From positions 1,302,001-1,366,000 of the forward strand of contig OZ336881.1 in the NCBI GenBank assembly GCA_965287045.1: a stretch of DNA of 64,000 bases, in the 5' to 3' direction. Both the position numbers and the translations under genes were made by a program. The DNA is from Carcharhinus amblyrhynchos. Its lineage: Eukaryota. Below are positions 39,255 through 49,303 of this stretch, piece after piece; positions within the stretch are counted from its first letter, which is position 1, and each line of letters opens with the position of its first letter. The notes under the pieces were generated by a model. The model ran no database searches, had not been told where the DNA came from, and saw nothing but the letters and a program-made list of their open reading frames with translations.

Positions 39255-40793
39255 ATCTCTACTTACCTGTGACTTTCCAAGAATAATGAGCCAGGTATCT
39301 TTGCAACCTTAAGCAACAGCCTATTTTTGGGGTGTCAGATACTCACTCTGAGGCAGTGTGCACACTAAATTAGCATTTCAGTGAGATTAGTTCCATGAAA
39401 TTAATCAAATCGAAAACATGATTACAGTATATCCATTGTATTAGGTGTTCATCATATAATGAATCCCAAAATAGGCATCAAAGACCACAATGTTCCAACC
39501 AGTTGGTACTGAAGTTATAATGATGGATTAACTGGTGTAGAAATTCATTGGAACTTGCTGTGGGAGGAGTGAATCTTTTCATTACATTCCGTAAGGTGCA
39601 GCCAACTAAGCTCAGTATAAGTCATATATTAAACCAAGGAGGGACCATATTATGTGATTGGAGAACATTTGGAGAGGGGTGTGGATTTCCTGGGCTATCC
39701 CAGAAAACGTAAATGGATGTGACTTTCAGCAGGACCAGCTTTGCAGATGCTTTGAAAACGAATGTCTTTTCATTCTTCTTCTCAATCTATTCATTCAGCA
39801 TCTGAAAAGAACTGCCCGTGGCTAGACTGCTATGTGTGTGTGTGTGTGTGTGTGCATATGCAGGCGTGTATGGGCACGTGTGTGCATGTGTATGTGTGCA
39901 CGCCTTGGGTTTTCAAAATGTTGGAAGCCTAGAAAATAATAACCACCTGGCCCCAAACTTACCTCTGTACTGTTTCCCCCAAGAGGAATCATCTTCACTT
40001 GGGCCCTGTAACACACAGTCCCACACGTACACAACCCCACACCCGCACACATCCACACGCACACACCCACACGCACTAACATGCACACACTCCCATACCC
40101 ACACATGCATGCGCACATCCACATGCACACATGTGCCCACATGCACACACGTGCCCATACACGCCCGCATATGCACACACATACACACACATGCACCCAT
40201 GTGCACACACACACAAAGCAGTCTAGCCACGGGCAGTTCTTTTCAGATGCTGAATGAATAGATTGAGAAGAAGAATGAAAAGACATTCGTTTTCAAAGCA
40301 TCTGCAAAGCTGGTCCTGCTGAAAGTCACATCCATTTACGTTTTCTGGGATAGCCCAGGAAATCCACACCCCTCTCCAAATGTTCTCCAATCACATAATA
40401 TGGTCCCTCCTTGGTTTAATATATGACTTATACTGAGCTTAGTTGGCTGCACCTTACGGAATGTAATGAAAAGATTCCCTCTTCCCACAGCAAGTTCCAA
40501 TGAATTTCTACACCAGTTAATCCATCATTATAACTTCAGTACCAACTGGTTGGAACATTGTGGTCTTTGATGCCTATTTTGGGATTCATTATATGATGAA
40601 CACCTAATACAATGGATATACTGTAATCATGTTTTCAATTTGATTAATTTCATGGAACTAATCTCACTGAAATGCTAATTTAGCGTGCACAGTGCCTCAG
40701 AGTGAGTATCTGACACCCCAAAAATAGGCTGTTGCTTAAGGTTGCAAAGATATCTGGCTCATTATTCTTGGAAAGTCACAGGTAAGTAGAGAT
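39255..40793. repeat. Long inverted repeat: arms 39255-39831 and 40217-40793, with a TG-rich / unique / CA-rich spacer
   Basis: Manual comparison: 577 bp, ungapped, 6 mismatches (about 99% identity). Confidence 0.98.
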
Positions 40794-42427
40794 ACATGGA
40801 TAGATAACTTTTTGAAGTGTCCCTCATTTGTGTCCTCTACTCACCCCTTCCCCAAAACACTTTGTGATGCCAATGAATCAAACTTCTTACACTACCTGCA
40901 GAGTATTCCATATTATTGGAAAATGTACTGTGACATTGTAATTACATTTAGGATTGTACATTTTATTAAAATTCAATTTGAATAAGAAAATTGAATAAGG
41001 AGATAGATTGAGAGATTTCCCCATTTCACACACAGTATTCAATAAAGAAAACTTTGACAATGATTAATTACCATACCAGAAAAATTGCACCGGAGTAAAA
41101 TCATAAGTATTAAACTGTGTTAAAATTAAAGATAGAGAGGAAAAAGTGGCAAAGACCCATTACTTGTACTTTCAAACTATTAATTAAAAGGTTCAAATCT
41201 CTGTCCTAGTTGCAAAACCTCTCTGCACCAATGCAAATGTATCTTTTCAAGGCTGGCAAAGAGGATGCTCCAAATAGTGTAAACAGAACACTGTCTGGAT
41301 GTTGTTTGAACTCAGACACTGCATGCAGATTCATTTCCAAAAGTTAAATATTTTATAGACATTTCATGTTGCTTCCCTTCCAGTATCTCCATCCTCTTCA
41401 CTGTAAGCCTTCTGCTAATATCCTGTTTTGCTTGAGGTTGGTTACAGAGCTGAACCTCTCTTTTACACATTTTCTAATTTAGCTCCTTTCATTTGGACAA
41501 GTTGCTAAACTTGAATATTTTTTTCAGGCATAAATATTTTTACATTTTTTGCTAGGAATTCTTTTGGAATTGTGGAAATAAATACATGAACAGGTAAATG
41601 GTGTTGAAGAGGTTTCAGTTACTTTATTGAATTTTTAATTAACCAAATTAATTTCTAATATTTTGGTCATAAACATATCTGATCATTGTGTAAGCTCACT
41701 TGATGATTTTGATGTGATGACCCCAGTGCAATTGGCTCAAAAGGCAATGAAAGATCGAAGGCTGGCATTTTCAATGTCTGCCACCTAATCTCATAAATAA
41801 AACATATTTCATAAAACTCCTAATTACATTTGAGGAAAATAACACATACAGTGCAGCCTACTGGAGACTCTCAGTATTGGGTTCTACAAGTTAGAAGAGC
41901 GGCACTCCACTGTTTGTGGTAAGTTTGATCCAACTGGCCGAGAATTATTTTCCGTGGTTGAGTTCTGGAGTTTGTGATCAAAACTGGGAAGAATGTCAAC
42001 CCACAATCAACACAGTAAGAGTCACCTGCTGACACCATCATATACGTCAGTTTGAGCAGCTGTCTTCTGGCTGGGAGATATGACATAACAGATCTCCAGT
42101 AGGCATCTTGTGACTGTTAAAATGTGGAATTTGTCCCCAAACGTACAAGAAATAAAGCAAGATTAATTAACAAGCTTTGTTGGCAGGTAGGTAGTTAGCT
42201 TTAATCAGAACTCCAACTTCAACAGTATTTCCTTTTGCATCATCTGATAAACTTTTTTTTTCTTGTATGACAATTTCATGTTTCCTTTAAATTTATTTCT
42301 TTCGTCTCTTAAAGCAGCAATTTATGCTGGGGCAGTGTTCCTCAAACACTGCCTGCCCCTGTATCAGTAGCCCACTCACATGGTTTTAATGAGTAAACCA
42401 CGGCCAACAGCCCTATCTATTATTGCA

Positions 42428-42708
42428 GGCAGCGTGGTGGCACAGTGGTTAGCACTGCTGCTTCACAGTGCTAGGGACCCGGCTTCAAGTCCTGGCTTGG
42501 TTCACTATCTGTGTGGAGTTTGCACGTTCTCCCCATGGCTGCTTGGGTTTCCTCCGGATTCTCTAGTTTCCTCCCACATTCTGAAAGAGGTGCTGGTTTG
42601 TTGCATTGACCCGAACAGGTGCCGGAGTGTGGTTACTAGGGGAATTTCACAGTAACTTCATTGCAATGTTAATGTAAGCCTTACTTGTGACTAATAAATA
42701 AACTTTAT
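42428..42708 (+). mobile_element. HE1-like tRNA SINE with alternative tail
   Basis: ggcagcgtggtggcacagtggttagcactgctgc head; tail cacagtaacttcattgcaatgttaatgtaagcc...taataaataaa. Confidence 0.85.
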
Positions 42709-43004
42709 TTGCAAAACCAGTGGAATGTAGAACAGAGTCAGTTGATATATCCTAACATTTCCCATCACATCCCAAGTTCACTATCCTCAATCTGCATCAC
42801 CCCCACCCCCAAAAAGACCTCATCTGGAACTTATTGTCCATGCCCAGAGAACAAATACTAGGGAAGAGATGGCACCTGGTAAGGACCTACCTCCTTCAAC
42901 TATCTCCAACTGTCAAGAAGAGGTTGGCAATGGGCCTTGTAACAGCAACAGTAAACTCCTTTTATCATTGCACAGGGGAGAGGGCTGTGTAGTGGCCAAA
43001 ATAG

Positions 43005-43345
43005 CCATGGTTCAGTGGTAACGCTTGGTTGGAAGGTTCAATTCCCATTTCAGAAACTTGAACACACAATTTGGACTAACACTAAGTCCCATCTTTCAAA
43101 TAAGACAATGAACTGCACCTCTGTCTGCTCTTTGAGCAGGACAGGTCCCTCTGGTGCCCTGACCAATATTTATCCTGCAATCAGCATCGCAAAAGTACCC
43201 ATCTGGTCATTATCACACTGGCAGGTTACTGTATAGAAACTGGCTACATTAACAACAAATACACCTTCAGAGAAAAGTACTGAATTGGCTATCAACCGCT
43301 TTGGAAAACCATGAGTCTGTGAAAGGAATTGTATAAACATATTTC
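43005..43345 (+). mobile_element. Deu-domain SINE remnant (SacSINE1/AmnSINE1-like)
   Basis: gccctgaccaatatttatcc...atctggtcattatcaca...aaagtactgaattggct...cgctttgg...gtgaaagg...tataaa follows the recalled DeuSINE block order with an L2-like tail. Confidence 0.6.
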
Positions 43346-44089
43346 CTCTTCAGCGCTATTTAAACCTCACCGAGGCTGTGAGAACCTTTTTGCTCTTGTC
43401 ACCGGACTTGCCTGTTTAAACCCTCACCTGTTTCTTCAGGTATTCCAGCAAGTTCCCGCCAGCAGAATTCTCCTCTTTGTGGGTGATCAGCTGAGAGATC
43501 ACCTTGTATAATGGATCCCAACAGAGCAAAAGGGATCAGGGTTGCAGCCAGATCATAATGCACTAAATTACAGTCCACCCAGCTCTGTGTCAACAGGCTG
43601 TTCCTCCACCTGGAGCATTACAAGAAAAGGTGACTGAAGTTTATGCATCAATTCTTTCCAGTAGCATTACTCAGTGTTACAGGTTAGAGTTATCCATCAG
43701 GACTGAAAGTTCCAACTTTCTACTTGTGTTACTTTATTCATAGAAACCATTCTTGCCAAATATGTTAAACTGCAAGAAGTCATAATTTACAAATAACTTT
43801 ATTTTTGACCCAACTCCATTCTTGAATGATGACCCCATTCTCTCTATATCACCGTGCCAATGTTCTTTTCAGTTGTCAACATTGAACTCAGTCAGGCCTG
43901 AGCTTTAGTCATTGCCATTTCATCATTTCATAAGATGTAAATAATGAATAAATAAAAGTTTAAATAGTCAGAAAATAAGTCCCACCCTAACTGCTCTGAA
44001 GTGGGAGGCTGTGCCAGAACAGGTGAGGCAGTAGAATTCTTTTCGGTGAATGAATAGGTTTTTTGACAGTCTAATAACTACATCGTCAC

Positions 44090-44385
44090 AGGTTGGCACA
44101 GTGGCATTGCTGCCTCACAGCAACAGGGATCCAGAGTCGGTTCCTGGCTAGGGTCTCTGTTTGTGTGGAGTCTGCACGTTCTCCCTGTGTCTGCATGGGT
44201 TTCCTCCAGGTGCTCCAGTTTCCTCCCACAGTCGGTAAGATGTGCTGGTTAAGGTGCATTGATGGTGTTAAATTCTCCGTCAGTGTACCCGAACAGATGC
44301 TGGAGTGTGCCGACTAGGGATTTTCACAGTAATTTCATTGTAGTGTTAATGTAAGCCCATTTGTGACACTAATAAATAAACATTT
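44090..44385 (+). mobile_element. HE1-like tRNA SINE, same subtype as 42428
   Basis: ggcacagtggcattgctgcctcacagc head, gtggagtctgcacgttctccc core, same tail. Confidence 0.85.
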
Positions 44386-45107
44386 AAAAAACCCATTACT
44401 ATTCCAGGTTTATTAACTGAATTATAAATTCCCCCAGCTGCCATGGTGGGAATTGAACCCGCGTCCCTTCATGGTTAATTCAGGCTCTGGAGGACTGGTC
44501 CGCGTTACAATCTTTATTTACCCAGACATTTCCAAGTGTTGGAAATTTTTAAATGAAAGAACATGGACAAGATACTGCTCGACTTCATGCTTAATGATGC
44601 TGACAGTTAGATGTAAATGGTGAAGTTGTAAATCCAGTCTAAAACCTGATGCCGCAAGGAGTCCCGGCATGTTCAGAACGGCTGAGCCTGTTTGTGTTCA
44701 CTGAATTTTGCATGGGGCGGGGGTGGGGGTGGGGGCTGCTGTTTGCAATGGCGCATTCTTGTGTAGCTTATAAAGATTCACATGGTAACGGTTGATGGGC
44801 ATTGTTGGGATTTATCTGAATGCAACAGCCGTGTGAGTTTAAGGTGAAAGCCCGCGGCGGTGGGGGTTAAATCCGGGTAGATTGCACACTCTGTTTGGGA
44901 AGTAGAGAGGGGGGTTTGTTTCGTTACTTTTGTGGCTTCGGATATTAAAGCTGGTGTCCGATTTCCCCTGTCTTTAGTCTATCAGCAACTCCTCGCCCTG
45001 TTTCACTGTTTACTTTCTTAATGAGCTGGGCGGAGCCTGTCCCGGAGACTGACACAAACCCTGTTTCTCCAGCCTCACAACTCCACTTCTGAGAACCTCT
45101 CCACTGT

Positions 45108-46060
45108 ACACACACTCACACCCCACAGACACAGAGACACTCACATCCCACAGACACTCACCCCACACACACAGACACACCCCACACACAGACACACACA
45201 CCCCACACACACAGACACACCCCACACACACACAGAAACAGACACACACACCCCACATTCACACACACTCACCCCACATACACACACAGATACACACACA
45301 TCCCCCACACACACTCATACCCCACATACACACACACACACACCCCACATACACACACCCCACATATACACACACCCCACAGACACACACCCCACATATA
45401 CACAGACACACACACCCCACATATACACACAGCCACACTCACACCTCACAGACACACACACCCCACATATACACACACAGCCACACTCACACCTCACAGG
45501 CACACACACCTCACATACACACACACACACATACACTCTCACATCCCACATACACACACACAGACACCCCCCCACATACATACACACACACAGATAGTCA
45601 CACCCACATACACACACACCCCACACACACAGACATACCCCACATACACTCACACACAGACACACCCCCACACAGATACACGGACACACACACACACACC
45701 TAGGCACATTCAAATATACCCTCACATAGATACACATACAGACACATACACACCCTCAGATACACACAAACACATTCACAGACATACACACAAGACACTC
45801 TCACACAGATACACACACACCCTCAGATACACACACACACATCTTCATGCATGGGACACCCTCACATACACATAGACACCCCCTCCTACACAGACAGACA
45901 CACCCCACACAGACACACACACTTACACAGACACACACACACCTAGGCACATTCAGACACATCCTCTCGCACACGGACCCTCACACAGATACACACATAC
46001 ACATCCCCTCAGAGACACATTCACACACACACACACCCTCTCACACCCACTCTCTCACAT
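45108..46060. repeat. Degenerate (CA)n-rich low-complexity tract, about 950 bp
   Basis: Directly visible; source of the spurious Val/Cys and His/Thr ORFs. Confidence 0.97.
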
Positions 46061-46269
46061 CTGTGCGCAATTCAACAATTGCTCCTTTCAGATATTAACC
46101 AAAGGATAAATGCTTCAAACGCCGATATTAAAATTATCACCATTACAATGGAAATATTATAATTTAAAAACAATCTGCAATATTCATTATTTTTGAATCT
46201 GCTAAATGCACCTGTTATTTTTAAGAACTTCCAGGTAACTGCCTGGATGCTGGTTTATTGCCTGAAGTA

Positions 46270-46402
46270 AATCTATGTTTAGGGATTAAAGGATACGGGA
46301 GGAAGTGGGGGCGGGGATCAGGATATTGAATTGGATCATCAGCCCTGATCAGAATGAACTGCGGGGTAGTCTGGAAGGGCCGAATGGTCCAGTTTCTATG
46401 TA
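46270..46402 (+). mobile_element. CR1 3' tail fragment
   Basis: gggattaaaggatacggg...gaagggccgaatggtcc. Confidence 0.6.
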
Positions 46403-46557
46403 TATTTTGATCACTTTTATTTAAAGCGTTACTTCACAGCAACCTTAAAAATTATAAAACCATTTCGAACTTTAAAAAAAAGTTTGCTAAGGACTATTCA
46501 AAATCCGAGATTATGAAGTTTCTCCGGAACTGAATCCATTAAAGCAGCTCTGCAAAG

Positions 46558-46835
46558 TACTGATATTAATACTGATTAATACTGATACGGATATTAATAC
46601 TGAGATTAATAGTGATACGGATTTAATACTGATATTAATACTGATTAATACTGATATTAATAGTGATTAATACTGATTAATACTGATACGGATATTAATA
46701 CTGAGATTAATAGTGATACAGATTTAATACTGATATTAATACTGATATTACGGATATTAATACTGAGATTAATAGCAATATTGATTTTAGTACAGATTAA
46801 TACTAATATTAACACTGATATTAACACTAATATTT
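46558..46835. repeat. AT-rich minisatellite, unit about ACTGATATTAAT (10-12 bp variants)
   Basis: Directly visible tandem array. Confidence 0.95.
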
Positions 46836-47423
46836 AACAATCTAGTTCATTAATAAATGTGTAAAATACTCAATATTCCACCTGACCTGATTATTTAATC
46901 CTGAAATTGAGAATAAAGTGTGAATATTCCCATTCACTCCCGCTCAGTGACGCCCTGACCTTTACTGTCTGGACTCTTACTGAGGGGAAAGCAGTGTATT
47001 TTATATCAAACATAAAGGATCGAAATGTACCACTTTCTACTGACCTGTAAAATGAACGAGAGGAAAGGAAGCTGAAACGAGGAGCTGGGGCTGTGATTAC
47101 CAAAACACGGAATAAATGTGTGTGTATCGTCCACTCTCCCCCTCCAACATCAATCCGGAGGGGCTTGGGTAACAGGCGTGCTGTACCGAGGGTTATTACT
47201 CTGCAAACTCGCCAAATAATCACTTGGATTTGATCGGAAAGTCCGAATGTGAAAAATCCAGGTTCTAAATATCTACAGGTGTTGCTGGTTTTCATTCTCC
47301 AACCTCACCAAACATGCAGATTTCACTTTGTGAATTGACCAATCCAGCTGTTATTGGGAGTTTGGAGAATAGAGGCGAGTTAGTCTGGGATTACAGTAAC
47401 TGCATTTTCTATTTACCTTCCAG

Positions 47424-47538
47424 ACTGGCAGAAAACAGAAGCGCAGAAAAGACGGGAACAGCTGCTTCTGGATGAACTGGTTATCCTGGTCAACAAACGT
47501 GACGCGCTTGTCCGGGACTTGGATGCCCAGGAAAAGCA
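47424..47538 (+). CDS. EHBP1: EHBP1 penultimate coding exon
   Basis: ccttccag|AC...CA|gtaagt; encodes (D)[37 protein letters not shown](Q); 115 nt. Confidence 0.97.
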
Positions 47539-47540
47539 GT

Positions 47541-47900
47541 AAGTTACTGATTACACAGCAAGAGGCAACAGGAAACAGTTACTGTATTGCACAGCAAGAG
47601 GAAACAGGAAACAGTTACTGTATTACACAGCAACAGGAAACAGTTACTGTATTACACAGCAAGAGGCAACAGTTACTGTATTACACAGCAAGAGGCAACA
47701 GGAGACAGTTACTGTATTACACAGCAAGAGGCAACACTATTACACAGCAAGAGGCAACAGGAAACAGTTACTGTATTACACTAAAAGGTAACAGAAACAG
47801 TTCCTGTACTACACAGGAGGAGGTAACAGGAGACAGTTACTGTATTACACAGCAAGAGGCAACAGGAGACAGTTACTGTATTACACAGGAGGAGGTAACT
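47541..47900 (+). repeat. Minisatellite, unit about 36 bp CAGTTACTGTATTACACAGCAAGAGGCAACAGGAAA
   Basis: Roughly ten full or partial copies, starting at the exon donor. Confidence 0.95.
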
Positions 47901-48073
47901 ATTCCTTCAATTTCCATGCTGACTTAAAATTATTCTCCTTGTTTGGCTATGTTGTGTACTGATCATCCAATCATCTCCAATCTTGTTATAGATTTGATTT
48001 ATAGTTTTTGTCCTGTCCAATATCATGAATTTACCCATTTGCTGATGCAGTGTATGTGTGTTTCTGTCTACAG

Positions 48074-48164
48074 AGCAGAAGAAGAAGATGAACACTTGGA
48101 ACGAACTCTAGAGCAAAACAAAGGGAAAATTGTCAAGAAGGAAGATAAATGTGTACTGCAGTGA
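48074..48164 (+). CDS. EHBP1: EHBP1 last coding exon, ending in CaaX motif CVLQ
   Basis: tctgtctacag|A GCA GAA...; encodes AEEEDEHLERTLEQNKGKIVKKEDKCVLQ*. Confidence 0.98.
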
Positions 48165-49297
48165 GATACACCAACAGTGATCCCACATCATTTAGACAAC
48201 CATTGTCATTTTGATAAAACATTTGCGATGGCATTTGAATGAGATAATATATGTAGGTTGTAAACTGTTGTAATGTTTCATGTTGACAGTATTTAACCAT
48301 CCCCACTGCCTCACCCTCATGGATCTGGCTTCAACCATCATTTTTATGAAATTGTATTTTGTAAAAAAAAAAGCTAAGTGTAATTGTTTTATTTGTATCT
48401 GTGACATTTAATCTCATCCCTTCTACTGGGGGAGAATTCTTAAATCTGTACTGGGGGGAGAGAACACCAAATTGTTGCAAATATAGCAGGGCTGTTATAA
48501 TGATGTCTTATTAATCCTGGTTTTAGTTTCCATGTTGCTTTCATCTTTATTGAACTCGTTTTGCTTCCGATTGTTTATTTTAAATCGGTTTTCAAATAAC
48601 TACAACTCCGGGTGGGTGTGGGGGAACTGAGAGAGGCTGGGGGATAACCCCTCATTCTCTGTGTGGACTCTATTTTCAAACTCAGTCACGTCGCTCTGAA
48701 TCTGAATCAGAGACAGAAACTACAGACCTGCATCTGAAATGGAACAAACTGACCCCGGGTTCCATTGTTCCCGGAAAGATTGTTGGATCTGTGCTTTTCA
48801 TTCATTGTAGAAAAGGTGAAGCAGTTTATAGAAAAATCTATAAAACTGAGAATGTTTAAACTTGCTTGCGCTGCATTTCACATTTTTGGATTATTTTCGT
48901 TGAGTTTTTGAACATTTCATTTAAGCTAAAGCGGCAGTTGACAAGTCTCTCTCTCTGAATATAAATAATAAGGTTGGACAGTGTGTTGTAAATGGTGTTC
49001 TCTGAAATTAGTTTTAGTTTGAACTCGGAAAGGGCTGAGAGCCGCGCACCAGGTGGTGAAAGTGACTCTGGTGGGGGTTTTTTTTGGATGTTTATTTATT
49101 GTTATCCTGAGCAGCCCAGTCGGGTTGTTTGAGCTACAGGTATTTAGCTAAACACCCCCCTCCCTTTGGCTTTTATATCCGAGTGCTGCCGGAGCTCAGA
49201 ATCATTTCCAGTGCATTTCTCGGCATCATTCGGCACTCAGATACTGTCTTGTGGAAACATTCCTGTTTATTTATTCCAGGGTCATCTATGCATCTTG

Positions 49298-49303
49298 AAT
49301 AAA
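49298..49303 (+). terminator. Candidate EHBP1 polyadenylation signal AATAAA
   Basis: AATAAA about 1.1 kb after the stop, followed by GT-rich gtgtttgatgtgg. Confidence 0.45.

Noticed and set aside
39818-40286. Paired MARLLCVCV ORFs on both strands
   Set aside because: Consequence of the inverted repeat and TG/CA tracts; low complexity
42326-42360. Small hairpin ggcagtgtt-cctca-aacactgcc
   Set aside because: Too short to distinguish from chance or an old repeat remnant
42428-42500. tRNA gene (also at the other SINE heads)
   Set aside because: A/B boxes run into SINE core and tail; no complete cloverleaf
45010-46098. Cys/Val-rich and His/Thr-rich ORFs
   Set aside because: Translations of the CA microsatellite
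46891-47295. 134-aa antisense ORF
   Set aside because: No recognisable domain or coding signal; length is within chance range
47472-47927. 151-aa repetitive ORF, and a CRISPR-like look of the 36-bp array
   Set aside because: Out-of-frame overlap with the EHBP1 exon plus a tandem minisatellite; no unique spacers, eukaryotic context
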